Notes: generated from the letters alone by a model not told the origin. Counted from the first letter of the stretch, positions 20,930 to 30,921 are shown. The stretch is 64,000 bases of DNA from an uncultured Candidatus Woesearchaeota archaeon (GCA_903915225.1 CAIWSB010000055.1:6847-70846), one strand, 5' to 3'. Translations and numbers: made by a program.

Positions 20930-21418
20930 TCAAACCAGCCTGTCAAGGGTCTTGTAGGAGTGCTCGACTGCATTTTGCGATAAAGCATCCTGCAGCTTCC
21001 CAACAATTGAATACCCTCGTTCCTTAAACTCACCGTTGACATCCACTGTCAAATGATACTCTCTTCTCTTTATTACTGTGCGGATAACTATCTTGCTTTG
21101 ATTTTGCCCGTTATATAGGGTATTGTGAAAATCAAAAGGAATCTTGCCTCCGCTCAACATAATGCTCAGCCTTGACCCGAGCCCTGGGCCTATAATAGAC
21201 TCAATCAATCTCCGCTTATATGCTGAAAAACTCTCATCATCCTTTGGAGTCACGAAACGTTCGAGCAGCTCCTGATTGATATCAAGAAGCCCGCGAAAAT
21301 CATGTGAGCACTGGCTTTTCTCAATTGCCTCCTTTGCTGAATTAATTGCCTTGGCAATCTGCCCCCAATTACCCTTTGCGATTATCCGATACTCCGTGCC
21401 CATTGCTTTTCTTTTCAT
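20930..21418 (-). CDS. hypothetical protein
   Basis: 162-aa ORF ending 4 nt before the GPAYAC-family start. Confidence 0.45.
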   Translation of the reverse strand: MKRKAMGTEYRIIAKGNWGQIAKAINSAKEAIEKSQCSHDFRGLLDINQELLERFVTPKDDESFSAYKRRLIESIIGPGLGSRLSIMLSGGKIPFDFHNTLYNGQNQSKIVIRTVIKRREYHLTVDVNGEFKERGYSIVGKLQDALSQNAVEHSYKTLDRLV

Positions 21419-21482
21419 GGCATAGACAGAAAAAGAAGAGATTTATAAAGCTTTGGGAATTGTTACAACTTTAGAGTAGGTA

Positions 21483-21938
21483 TTATTTTGGATTGATTGT
21501 TTTCCCTATCACCTTGTAGATTTGTTGTGAATCATTGAGCCGTTGGGAAATGTAATCCTCAAGAGGCATATTCACCAGCTCAAACAGCTCAGTGATGATG
21601 TTATCCAGGTATCCAGCAATGGAAATTCCCCTGCGATTATACAGGCGAACGTCATGAGCCCATTTCTCCGGCTCAGGGATAACCACAAGACTTTCATGGG
21701 CAAATGCAGTCTTCATGGCCAATTCTTCCTCTTCTGAAAGCCCCTCACTGTACATCTCGCCAACAAACCTCCCGGAGCCATTGTAATTATGCTGGGCGCA
21801 GAACTTAACGCGGAGCCCATTATGGCTGAACCTGAACCAGTAGCCGTTCGTATCAATCGTTGAAGTAACGCCAAGCCCACGCAGGCGAGCCTCAATATTC
21901 CCTACCATTTCATCCATCTCATCGAAAAATTGTTCCAT
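21483..21938 (-). CDS. hypothetical protein
   Basis: 151-aa ORF. Confidence 0.45.
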   Translation of the reverse strand: MEQFFDEMDEMVGNIEARLRGLGVTSTIDTNGYWFRFSHNGLRVKFCAQHNYNGSGRFVGEMYSEGLSEEEELAMKTAFAHESLVVIPEPEKWAHDVRLYNRRGISIAGYLDNIITELFELVNMPLEDYISQRLNDSQQIYKVIGKTINPK

Positions 21939-21990
21939 GAATGAAGAAAGGCAGGGTTATTAAAAGGGATTTAGCCTAACCTGTTAGGGT

Positions 21991-22056
21991 TTATTTGCAG
22001 AACTCGCGGTTCATAACATTAATCTCAGCTTTGCGGAGGTGTTCTGAAAAATCTGG
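21991..22056 (-). pseudogene. 3'-terminal remnant (about 20 codons) of an HTH_10 regulator paralog
   Basis: The reverse complement reads ...SEHLRKAEINVMNREFCK*. This is about 82% nt identical to the C-terminal end (22458..22520) of the intact regulator gene. An in-frame stop lies just upstream, so only a fragment remains. Confidence 0.6.
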
Positions 22057-22164
22057 GGATATTTTGTTAACCCGATTGAACGCATCATCTTGTTACGGTA
22101 ATATTACTACTGTATAATAACAAAAAAGGAAATATTTATAAACTCAAGCCAATTTCCTCAACCT

Positions 22165-22395
22165 ATGAAAATCAATGAGTTTTTCAGGCGACATTTTGGT
22201 GCAGTAAAAGGATTGGAGCAAATCCAAGGTCTAGCAGATCATATGGATAGGTTTTTCCAAGAGCAGAGCAGAAATCCTATCTATGACCCAGCAATGGCGG
22301 AAGCTATTGCGCGAAGAATGGATGAGAGACAAGTTGTACTTGATAGATTGAGAACAGAGTACGCCACAAAAGTTTCTGAATCTTATGCCCATTGA
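22165..22395 (+). CDS. small hypothetical protein
   Basis: 76-aa ORF. Confidence 0.35.
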   Translation: MKINEFFRRHFGAVKGLEQIQGLADHMDRFFQEQSRNPIYDPAMAEAIARRMDERQVVLDRLRTEYATKVSESYAH

Positions 22396-22457
22396 TTCCC
22401 TCTGAATCTTTAGCTGTAAGATAGGGGAAAGGATATTAAGTTCTACAGATTAAAAGC

Positions 22458-23093
22458 TTATTTGCAGAATTCCCTGCTCATGACCTTTATCTCAGCCTTG
22501 CGGAGGTGCTCAGCAATTGTCACCTTGCTGAGCTTAAGCCGGGCAGCAAGCCCGCTCAAAGAAATCTTGCGCGGCCACTTGTAGTATCCCAAATCCAGAG
22601 CCATCTGCAAAACCCTGTCCTGCATGGCAGACAAATTAAATCCATCAAAGGTGGATTTCTTGACATGGACCAGCTTGAAATCCCCAAAAGTGGAGACCTC
22701 CTCCAGGGCTTTCCTAATCGCACTCTTCCTGGGCGCAGCAATGGTCCAGACCTCATAGCCCTGAAACAATGGAACTTTATTAAAAACAAAGCACTTGTGC
22801 TTTAGCACAGTGTGCACAATGGACTTAATATCACTTGTATTAGTGAAAACCTGAATCAGCATCCTCTCAGGCGATTCCTGGAGAATCTCAACCTTCTTAA
22901 TCAGTTTATTAGATAAAAAATATTTCTTTATCGGCCCAGCCTCTCTTTTATCAGCAAGAATTACTTCAGTTATATCCTGCACAAAACCATTATCCAGGCT
23001 AATTGTGTTATGCGTAACAAACCTGCTCTTAAACCTGCGCAGGCCATTGCTCCAGCAGCCCTTATGCTTCAGCCTGAATTTTGCCTCAAACAT
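22458..23093 (-). CDS. HTH_10 (bacterio-opsin activator-type) family transcriptional regulator
   Basis: C-terminal LSAMQDRVLQMALDLGYYKWPRKISLSGLAARLKLSKVTIAEHLRKAE matches the archaeal HTH_10 DNA-binding domain. Confidence 0.75.
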   Translation of the reverse strand: MFEAKFRLKHKGCWSNGLRRFKSRFVTHNTISLDNGFVQDITEVILADKREAGPIKKYFLSNKLIKKVEILQESPERMLIQVFTNTSDIKSIVHTVLKHKCFVFNKVPLFQGYEVWTIAAPRKSAIRKALEEVSTFGDFKLVHVKKSTFDGFNLSAMQDRVLQMALDLGYYKWPRKISLSGLAARLKLSKVTIAEHLRKAEIKVMSREFCK

Positions 23094-23236
23094 TGTGTGG
23101 ATTAGATGTTGTCATTATTTATACTTTACTAAGGCAGGCCAATGTTAATATCATTAAGGCTATTTGAAGAAATGTTACTATCTAATAATAGTAAAAATAG
23201 ATAGATTCTTAAATCCCCTCAAATCCCTCCAAAGCT

Positions 23237-24334
23237 ATGGTCAGTTTCCGTTGCCATAAAACTGTAAAGGAGCACCTGCAGGTTTGGGTCCAGAAACCAC
23301 GCAGCTACCGCCATTTCGTGCTTGAGGATCTCATGGAAGTTGCGGCAGAGTCCTTGGGAGTGGATATATTCTTCAGACCAGAAAACCTTCCAGACAGCAA
23401 ATATTTCAAACGGGCAGAATCATATCTGCTAGAGAAAGGAGACAAAAAAGCAGTGGTGCGCCTAATCAGGCAAAACGGCAAAATACTGCAAGGCAGCGTG
23501 AGAATTCCCCTGAAGGTCTCAAGCAAAAGGCAGGTTTTTGTGATAAAGCCATATGACGAATATAACCCAGAGCTGGAAAGGGAAGTCCTGCAGAGAGTAT
23601 CTGGGAAGCTCGCCCCCAGGGTGCTACATTTCGGAAGCGAATTTTACTCAGAGGAGCTTGTTGACTTCAAAAGGTACACTGACCTTTTCACAAGGGCAAT
23701 AGCAACAGGCGCATTCGGCAAGGAAAAGGTGCAGGAGCTTTGGGATTACTGCTTCGGTAAAAATGCTTTTGACTACAATACCAGAGACAAACTAATGCAG
23801 GAGATGGCAGAAAAAGTGGCTGGCATCGTGAGGGAGGGCGGAACAATCCATGGGAAGCTTGCTCAGCTAGGGGTTGTGTACAGCCACAACCACTGGCTTG
23901 ATGAGTTCCACACAGCAGATGGCTGCGAGCCAGTAATCACAGATTTCGGAACATCTTACCTGTTCATCACACCTGAAGAGGTTGAGGCAGACCTGAAAAA
24001 ATCGAGCGCAGAGCTTGAACAGATGGATGAATCTCCGGAAACAAGGGATGCCTACTTTGCCTTGTCAGACAGGGTTGACAGGATGAGCAAATTCGAGCAA
24101 GGCTACAGGATGACTAACAGACTCCCTGCAAGATTCTGGGATCTTAAAGGGGAGAGGCGTGAAGTCCTCGAGCAGGACCGTGCGCTGGCAGTCAACCTGG
24201 ACATGGCCATGCAGTCCTCATGGGAAGGCATAAGCTCTTTCTTCGAAGAGGTTGCAGTTGGCTCAGGCCTGGACTACACGAACATTGTCTGGCAGGATTT
24301 CCAGGATGGGTTTATGGAAGGGTATTTCTCATAG
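23237..24334 (+). CDS. hypothetical protein with kinase-like DFG segment
   Basis: ...VYSHNHWLDEFHTADGCEPVITDFGTSYLF resembles the catalytic-loop/DFG region of protein-kinase-like folds. It is divergent from the regulator. Confidence 0.4.
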   Translation: MVSFRCHKTVKEHLQVWVQKPRSYRHFVLEDLMEVAAESLGVDIFFRPENLPDSKYFKRAESYLLEKGDKKAVVRLIRQNGKILQGSVRIPLKVSSKRQVFVIKPYDEYNPELEREVLQRVSGKLAPRVLHFGSEFYSEELVDFKRYTDLFTRAIATGAFGKEKVQELWDYCFGKNAFDYNTRDKLMQEMAEKVAGIVREGGTIHGKLAQLGVVYSHNHWLDEFHTADGCEPVITDFGTSYLFITPEEVEADLKKSSAELEQMDESPETRDAYFALSDRVDRMSKFEQGYRMTNRLPARFWDLKGERREVLEQDRALAVNLDMAMQSSWEGISSFFEEVAVGSGLDYTNIVWQDFQDGFMEGYFS

Positions 24335-24343
24335 CGCCCCATT

Positions 24344-24982
24344 TTATTTCTTTGCGATGTCTTCTGGAACATACCTCCAGGGAACCTCAATCGTACGGTC
24401 ATTGACTGCATTGCCAATTGCCTGCTCGAGGCTGTCAGCATAGCCAATTTTCCTTATCTTATACCCCCATGGGCTGCTGTCAGGATACTGGGGCGAGCCT
24501 GTGAAAGTGGTTGTATCTATGTAAAATCCACCAGAGGGCAGCGCCAACTGCTGGATAGTGATGGTATAGCCCCGGTTCTGCCAGGTTGCGCTCTGGCCTG
24601 TCCTCCTCACCTGCTCCACCAGGTCAAGGGGGACACTAACTTTGACCCTATCAGTCAGCTCAGCTACAAACCTGCCCCTGCCGAAATATGCATCAAACTT
24701 GCTGTTGTCATCATGCAGCCATTGGTTCAGGTGGGCCATTGAGCCGGGGACTCCAGTACTGCTCCGCAGCAACCCCAATAATACCATGAACGGGTTTAAT
24801 TTGGTTATGCATCCCTCATTTGCCCGCGTGAGCGCAGCCACAACATCTGGCTCATACCCATACCCAATCTCTTGCCCGTGACCAACTACGCGGATGACCT
24901 TATCGCCATCATCCTCAAACCCATGCAGCGAGTACCCCTTACGCAGCGCCTCCTCAATTCCAGACAGGTCCATTTTCGCCAC
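24344..24982 (-). CDS. hypothetical protein, member 1 of a triple tandem paralog array
   Basis: MAKMDLSGIEEALRKGYSLHGF ... RTGQSATWQNRGYT are shared with the next two genes. Confidence 0.6.
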   Translation of the reverse strand: MAKMDLSGIEEALRKGYSLHGFEDDGDKVIRVVGHGQEIGYGYEPDVVAALTRANEGCITKLNPFMVLLGLLRSSTGVPGSMAHLNQWLHDDNSKFDAYFGRGRFVAELTDRVKVSVPLDLVEQVRRTGQSATWQNRGYTITIQQLALPSGGFYIDTTTFTGSPQYPDSSPWGYKIRKIGYADSLEQAIGNAVNDRTIEVPWRYVPEDIAKK

Positions 24983-25031
24983 CCCTCATAATTCACCAAA
25001 TGAATCCTCACACTACATCTGGCAATCTTCC

Positions 25032-25637
25032 TCATGGCCACGGCACCCCCAATGGCTCTGCATCAAGCGCTTTCTCCATCGCCTCCTCAAGGCTCCCCGC
25101 GCGGCCCAGCCTCACCACAGTGTAAGGCCACGGGTTGTCGCCCCGAGGCGTGCGAATCATGTCTGCAACAACATCCAGCTCGCCATTCCAGTATTTCGTT
25201 TGGTAGGCCTTGTATGTGTAGCCGTTGTCCTGCCAGGTTGCGCTCTGGCCAGTCCTCTCAACCTGCTCTTTTATGTCTTCAGGGATATTGGGAGACCCAA
25301 AGCACCTCAGCTCAACTACAAAGTCATCCTGTTCATTCCACGCGACCATCGTGTTGGTCGCCAGTATCCAATCATCAATCCTGCTGCATGACTTTACAGC
25401 GCCAGTCAGATATTCCGGCTTGGATGCCCGGTAAAACAGCTTTCCGCGGGCAAGATAATCCTTGCTGGCCTCAATTAGGGCGTCATCATAAAAAGGGCCT
25501 TCGCCGTATCCCACGAGCTTGTCTTTCTTCTCAATGCGTGCGACCCTGATGCAGAGGCCTGCCTGGAATCCATGCAGAGTGCAACCGTCACGTAAAGCCT
25601 TCTCAATCCCAGATAGTTTCATTTTCTCCACCCCCAT
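25032..25637 (-). CDS. hypothetical protein, member 2 of the triple array
   Basis: MKLSGIEKALRDGCTLHGF ... ERTGQSATWQDNGYTY. Confidence 0.6.
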   Translation of the reverse strand: MGVEKMKLSGIEKALRDGCTLHGFQAGLCIRVARIEKKDKLVGYGEGPFYDDALIEASKDYLARGKLFYRASKPEYLTGAVKSCSRIDDWILATNTMVAWNEQDDFVVELRCFGSPNIPEDIKEQVERTGQSATWQDNGYTYKAYQTKYWNGELDVVADMIRTPRGDNPWPYTVVRLGRAGSLEEAMEKALDAEPLGVPWP

Positions 25638-25640
25638 TAT

Positions 25641-26258
25641 TTAGTCCTTTGAAATCTCCACGCTCTCAGCCTTGAGCGCATTTTCAATTGCCTCATCTAG
25701 TGTGTCAGCCTGCCCCCTCTTCATTATCTTGTAGAACCAAGCTCTGGAATAATCCGGGGCGTTCGGGAACCTAGTGACCTTTGCGCTCCAGCCAGGCTCG
25801 CCATTTGGGAACATTGTAAGATATATCTCGTATGTGTGACCCCTGTCTTCCCAAGTCTCAGATTGGCCTGTCTTCATAACTTTGTTAGTAATTTCTTCAG
25901 GAATCTCGACAACCCCAGTGCCATTTAGGTCCACAATAATGCTGCCCTGCTCGAAATATGCATCTATTGTGCGTCCCTTAAGCATCCAGGAATCCAATGG
26001 GCTTGCACCAGATGAGGAGCCTGTGAGGTAATGTGGCTTGAGCTTGCCATAGACCTCATCGTAAGGTCTGCCACCAGCCAGATAATCTTCGTTGGCATCA
26101 GAGAGCGCATCCTCAGCATGCGGCTGCTCGCCATAGCCCTTGAGCACCTTGTCCTGCTCGATGCGCATCACGCGCAAACCGCCTCCAGACAAAAACCCAT
26201 GCAACCTGCACCCTTCATGCAAAGACTTTTCGATTCCTGTTAGCTCCATTTTTCCCAC
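25641..26258 (-). CDS. hypothetical protein, member 3 of the triple array
   Basis: MGKMELTGIEKSLHEGCRLHGF ... KTGQSETWEDRGHTY. Confidence 0.6.
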   Translation of the reverse strand: MGKMELTGIEKSLHEGCRLHGFLSGGGLRVMRIEQDKVLKGYGEQPHAEDALSDANEDYLAGGRPYDEVYGKLKPHYLTGSSSGASPLDSWMLKGRTIDAYFEQGSIIVDLNGTGVVEIPEEITNKVMKTGQSETWEDRGHTYEIYLTMFPNGEPGWSAKVTRFPNAPDYSRAWFYKIMKRGQADTLDEAIENALKAESVEISKD

Positions 26259-26410
26259 CTCATCTTTCTTTTTTTGGAAAAAGAAAATAGAAGGAGAAGC
26301 TAACTTATAAGCTTTACGTATAATAAACGCTAAGTTCGCCTAAAAAACCGAAATGATCAAATCTAAAGAGGATAGAAAGAATGCAAAAAAGTTAAAGCTG
26401 TCCGACTTAT

Positions 26411-26863
26411 TTATTCCAGGGGACGATAACCAGAAATCATCAGGAACCCAGAGCCTGCAAGCCGCATTGTCTCTTCCCTGCCAAACCCCATTGTGCTCCC
26501 TGAGATTATCTCCCACATGCCTAAAGTCTTACCCAGGGCCATGACACGAAGTGCCCCTTCCTGCTCCAATCCAAGATTAGGCGCAAGCTCAATGTAGCTC
26601 GGCCCACCTGCAAGCCTCTCGGGCTGCGGATAGGCACGCAATAATTCTGCAAGCGTCCCCTTGTACTGCTCTGCCTTTGCCCGGTCAACAACAACATCAA
26701 CAAAGACCATGTCAACCTTGTCATAATTATCGCCAGCTGGCGCTGTGCCAGTATGGTCGTAGCCGAAGTACTGGACTACACCAGGGCTTTCCTCAATAGC
26801 ACTCCCTTTCCTGTAGATTGTTGTTGACTCATTGATGATTTGGCATAATTTGTCTGTGTCCAT
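26411..26863 (-). CDS. hypothetical protein
   Basis: 150-aa ORF. Confidence 0.45.
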   Translation of the reverse strand: MDTDKLCQIINESTTIYRKGSAIEESPGVVQYFGYDHTGTAPAGDNYDKVDMVFVDVVVDRAKAEQYKGTLAELLRAYPQPERLAGGPSYIELAPNLGLEQEGALRVMALGKTLGMWEIISGSTMGFGREETMRLAGSGFLMISGYRPLE

Positions 26864-26955
26864 GCAATACGTGAATGCAAGCGTATTTATATAATTTGTG
26901 TATCTAATACACTATTACACCTAAAAATTGAATTAAGAGGATAAAGATAAGAAAA

Positions 26956-27753
26956 CTAAAGAGTGCCCCAGTCTGCCAGTGTAATAACCCTCGGCTTTAG
27001 GTCTGCAACTTTGTCGCCAACTGTGTGCAGATGGGCAAGCCCCATAACTGCAACAAGGGTTCCTTCACCAGTGTACAATTCCCGAATCCTGCCAGCCATG
27101 GCCGCATCACGGGCTGGATTGTAAATCTTCTGAATTGTCTGGATGGCCTCGGGGGGCATGATCGTCTTCAATTCCTCAACCTGGGTTGGGTCTGACATCA
27201 TCCTATACAATTCCGCCATAGCTTCCGCATTTTCATAAATAAGAGAGAATGAGCTAGCGATAGTGTCAAGATATGCATCAGCACCCTTATCCAATTGCTC
27301 CAGCATGGGCTTTACAAGCTCAGGGTTTTTGGCAATCTCCTTCAGACTGGCTTTCATCATTGCTATGTAACCATTTGAAAACTCCTGAACCTGCTCCGGT
27401 TCATATAAAGTAATATCAATGTATTCAATCCTTGAACCAGGTTTCTTGCTCACATAATCTCTGCTTGTCCTTAATTCGAAGCAATTCGCAGTTGCCATTA
27501 CTCGCGCGCATTCAACAATCGCTGCGCTCTGCCTTGGATTCAGCGGAAGCCCTGCCTCGGCAAACATATTGACAAGAGTTTTTCCCTCTTCTTCAGGGGA
27601 CATCATGGGTGCAGATGCGAGCATCTTTTCCCTTTTCTTATCGAATTCGAGAGCGAGAATTGAGGGTGAAGCCTTTTCAAGGATGTATTCTAGCTTCTGA
27701 CTACCTTGCAAATCATAGTGCACGGTCCCCACAAGTATAAGTTCTGACGCCAT
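26956..27753 (-). CDS. TraB/GumN family protein
   Basis: N-terminal ELILVGTVHYD and C-terminal AVMGLAHL match the conserved His-containing motifs of the TraB (pheromone shutdown-like) family. Confidence 0.5.
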   Translation of the reverse strand: MASELILVGTVHYDLQGSQKLEYILEKASPSILALEFDKKREKMLASAPMMSPEEEGKTLVNMFAEAGLPLNPRQSAAIVECARVMATANCFELRTSRDYVSKKPGSRIEYIDITLYEPEQVQEFSNGYIAMMKASLKEIAKNPELVKPMLEQLDKGADAYLDTIASSFSLIYENAEAMAELYRMMSDPTQVEELKTIMPPEAIQTIQKIYNPARDAAMAGRIRELYTGEGTLVAVMGLAHLHTVGDKVADLKPRVITLADWGTL

Positions 27754-27755
27754 TT

Positions 27756-28241
27756 TCAGTGCTGCTCCAATAAATCCATCAGCGCCCTCTTATCGGGCTT
27801 AAATCTTGTGATTGAGATGTCCAAGGCTACGGAGTCCCTAACATATTGGGCTGCATCTGCGGATGAACAGTCGGCTAACTCCAGGGCGACCTTATACATT
27901 TCGATAGCGCCTTCAAATGTGCAATAGTCTAATGCCTGATCTGCAACATACATTGCCAACACACCATACGCATCGCTGTCATTTAATTTCACGGCGACCC
28001 TCTGCAAGGCTAGCAACCCATCGACTTTTCCATCAATGAAGTTGTTGTCAAACCAGTGCATATGTTCCAGGGCTGTCTGGGCCAAAGACACAAGATTAGC
28101 CTTACCCAAATTCTCGTCCTCATCCATCACAGCAGAATATGCCTGCAGGGCCTTATCAATGCAATTGGCCTGATCATATCTATCTTTGAGAACCTCAGCC
28201 TCCCATCTCTTCCCTTCGCTTAACATCTGCTGGTTTGCCAT
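27756..28241 (-). CDS. hypothetical protein, 'GKRWE' family (paralog of 14628..15101)
   Basis: MANQQMLSEGKRWEAE... Start chosen by alignment to the other copy; the longer ORF would overlap the upstream gene by about 110 nt. Confidence 0.55.
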   Translation of the reverse strand: MANQQMLSEGKRWEAEVLKDRYDQANCIDKALQAYSAVMDEDENLGKANLVSLAQTALEHMHWFDNNFIDGKVDGLLALQRVAVKLNDSDAYGVLAMYVADQALDYCTFEGAIEMYKVALELADCSSADAAQYVRDSVALDISITRFKPDKRALMDLLEQH

Positions 28242-28251
28242 TTTGGTTGCT

Positions 28252-28752
28252 TCAATTAATTTCTCCAGCCAAATACTGGACGACAATTCTCCTAGTCCTT
28301 TCAGCACCAGGCTCCTCATCCAACGAATTCTGGTCCTTATATCTGTTCTCAACTGCATCAAAGAGGTCCTTTACTGGCGAAGTAGGGAATTGCCCGTTGT
28401 CCTTTAGGTTGGTCCTAATCTCATCACCCTCGGCCACAATCAGCTGCCATTGGCATAATCTATAGCTCCCTTTTGAGGGTTGCGCAGGGCCCTCTTGTGC
28501 CTTCCTTTTCTCGCCGGGGCTTATGTCTTCCATATATTCGGTGTATCCCACCAGAACTATATCCAATGTTATCTCACCTGGCAATTCAATCTGGCATGCA
28601 TATGCGGGGCCAGCTGCACCCAAATTCACGCCACTTACCTTCTCCCATTCAGGGTCCTCTTTCTGCAAAAGGCCCTTAACGAGATCTATGTGCAAATCAC
28701 CTTTTTCTCCACTTTGTATTAATTCCTCAAGCCAGCTATCCATTTCAATCAC
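28252..28752 (-). CDS. hypothetical protein, 'GPAYAC' family
   Basis: MIEMDSW... GPAYACQIELPGEITLDI ... CQWQLIVAEGDEIR. Confidence 0.65.
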   Translation of the reverse strand: MIEMDSWLEELIQSGEKGDLHIDLVKGLLQKEDPEWEKVSGVNLGAAGPAYACQIELPGEITLDIVLVGYTEYMEDISPGEKRKAQEGPAQPSKGSYRLCQWQLIVAEGDEIRTNLKDNGQFPTSPVKDLFDAVENRYKDQNSLDEEPGAERTRRIVVQYLAGEIN

Positions 28753-28885
28753 TCCTCACAATTTTAAGTGCAGCAATGATACTGCATCCATCGACTATTA
28801 GAATTAGGGTATATTTAAAAATATTCGCATTTTGACTACTTCAGAGTTGTTATAAAATAGACGTTTAAGGCAACTGCAGAAACCC

Positions 28886-29725
28886 TTATTCCCCACCCAA
28901 AAGCCTTTTCGAGCCTGCAATCAGCACCAAAACAACCTGCTGCAAAAACTCCCTGTCAACTTCCTCTATTGTATCTTTTGCGGTATGCATAACCCCTTTG
29001 CCGTCGATATACTTCTCATCCTCCATTCCATAATATTCCAGGTCTTCACCCTGAATGGTTGTGGCGGGGATGCCTGCCTCTATGAAATTGCAGTGGTCGC
29101 CTATTGCCAGGGGGTCATGCCCGCAAATCTTAATTCCAAATGATTCTGCACTAGCGAGATAATGAGCATTTAATTTAGCATCAATCTGCCTGAGTTCCGG
29201 CCCAACCTCTACTGAATCAGGGATAAGCATGCCCAGCTTCCCTCCTGAGCCGCAGGTATCAAGATTGACAACTGCCCGTATCTTTTTGGTCATCTGGGCA
29301 ATGTACTGCTTGGCGCCAAGGCTGTCTGCCTCTTCTGCACCGAAGAACACAACATCAACAGGCAGGCCTTTCAGCTGCTGCAATGCCTGGACTACCGCCC
29401 CGATTCCGCTGCCATTATCATTTGCCCCTGGTGTTGTCTCGCCCGTGGCCTCGTCAATCACATATCCGTCATAATGGGCTGTAATCAATAAAGGATTGTC
29501 ATGGCCTGAATCTAGGATAAAGTTTCTGTTGCCGTACTTCGGATCAACATCTATGTCCTGGAGAATCAGGCGATATCCTAAAGATAAGGCCAAATCCCTT
29601 GCCAGTCGCTCTATAAAATCCCTACGGCCAACATTATCCCTGTAACGAGAAAGCTCGCGGGCAACCTCATATGCATCCATGTGATGCAGGAAGAAACTCT
29701 CTTTTATAAACCCGCCGCCAATCAT
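28886..29725 (-). CDS. M28 family zinc aminopeptidase
   Basis: ITAHYDGY ... GANDNGSGIGAVVQ ... FFGAEE match the M28 metal-ligand signature. Confidence 0.8.
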   Translation of the reverse strand: MIGGGFIKESFFLHHMDAYEVARELSRYRDNVGRRDFIERLARDLALSLGYRLILQDIDVDPKYGNRNFILDSGHDNPLLITAHYDGYVIDEATGETTPGANDNGSGIGAVVQALQQLKGLPVDVVFFGAEEADSLGAKQYIAQMTKKIRAVVNLDTCGSGGKLGMLIPDSVEVGPELRQIDAKLNAHYLASAESFGIKICGHDPLAIGDHCNFIEAGIPATTIQGEDLEYYGMEDEKYIDGKGVMHTAKDTIEEVDREFLQQVVLVLIAGSKRLLGGE

Positions 29726-29780
29726 CCTCAGATTTTATCGTACGATTAATCTTTTAAGCCACCAGTGATTCCCTGATTGT

Positions 29781-30521
29781 ATGCCTAAACCAAGCATGAT
29801 AGACACCTACAGCCTGCCCAGTGTGTACAATGTTTGCGACCAGACTCTGAGGGAAGTCATTGCACTGCCGAAGGTCAGCATGGCCCATGTCACCATGGAG
29901 GCAAATGATGCTTCACTCTTGCACCAGCACTCAGCAATGACTGAAGTTTACTTCATACTTCAAGGCGAAGGGGTCTTGTATCACGGTGAAAGGGCATTGA
30001 AGGCTGAAAAGGGAGCCTATCTCGTCATCCCAAAAAACACGCCCCATCAGCTGCGCAACACAGGTAACACTGACCTTGAACATTTGGTTTTTGCAATCCC
30101 GCCTTTCAACCCAAAGGATGTTGAGGTTCTGAAAACTCCAACCAAAGAAACAACACCTGAAATATTCAGCCATGAAAAGCCGCAAGTGACTGCGCTTGAT
30201 GGGGCTTTGATACACGAGCTGATGAGTGCTGATGAAAGGCAACATTTAGATGTTGCACTGGCAGTTGGCTTCCTGCCTCCGGGAAGGAAGGCAATACCCC
30301 ATCACCACCGCATCAGTGAAGAGATATATTATGTAACCGATGGAACTGGGAAAGTCAGAGTTGGAGAAAAAGCCTTTGAGGTAAAGAAAGGCTCTGCGGT
30401 GTATGTCCCGGTCAACACGGTCCATGCCTTGGAAAACGGGAGCGCAACTGAGGAATTAAAGGTGCTGTGCGTATCATCCCCATCATACACAGAAGGGGAT
30501 TTTGTTCTTGAGTCAAGATAA
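29781..30521 (+). CDS. bicupin (two cupin domains) protein
   Basis: Two blocks of the form EVYFILQGEG...G...IP...H and EIYYVTDGTGKV...G...VPVNTVH. Confidence 0.7.
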   Translation: MPKPSMIDTYSLPSVYNVCDQTLREVIALPKVSMAHVTMEANDASLLHQHSAMTEVYFILQGEGVLYHGERALKAEKGAYLVIPKNTPHQLRNTGNTDLEHLVFAIPPFNPKDVEVLKTPTKETTPEIFSHEKPQVTALDGALIHELMSADERQHLDVALAVGFLPPGRKAIPHHHRISEEIYYVTDGTGKVRVGEKAFEVKKGSAVYVPVNTVHALENGSATEELKVLCVSSPSYTEGDFVLESR

Positions 30522-30525
30522 TATC

Positions 30526-30921
30526 TTATCTACTATGTTCCTTATTATGCCCCTTCAAGGTCGACTTCAGGGACAGGAAAAGCAGTATAGACTCCAGCAT
30601 CAGCAATATCAGTGTCGAGAATTTCTCCAGGTTGTAATTCATGTAGTACAAGGCAAACCTACCCTGTTGGGCATTGTACTTGTCGCTGATGGATATCAGG
30701 AGGGCATCGGTGTCTGTGCCTGTGGGGATATTCCCGCCAATGTAATCAATCTCCCGGCCATAACTGTCCATCTCTACCTGCACTATCTCATTAAAGCGGG
30801 CCTGGGAATCGCTGACTTCAGTGAAATAGAACTGCACTGTCAGGATTATTGCCGCAATTGAGAAAACAACAAAAATAGAACCAAGGATGTTTATTGGTAA
30901 TATCTTATTGTGTTTTGCCAT
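30526..30921 (-). CDS. membrane protein, hypothetical
   Basis: 131 aa with an N-terminal TM helix (ILPINILGSIFVVFSIAAIILTV). Confidence 0.45.
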   Translation of the reverse strand: MAKHNKILPINILGSIFVVFSIAAIILTVQFYFTEVSDSQARFNEIVQVEMDSYGREIDYIGGNIPTGTDTDALLISISDKYNAQQGRFALYYMNYNLEKFSTLILLMLESILLFLSLKSTLKGHNKEHSR

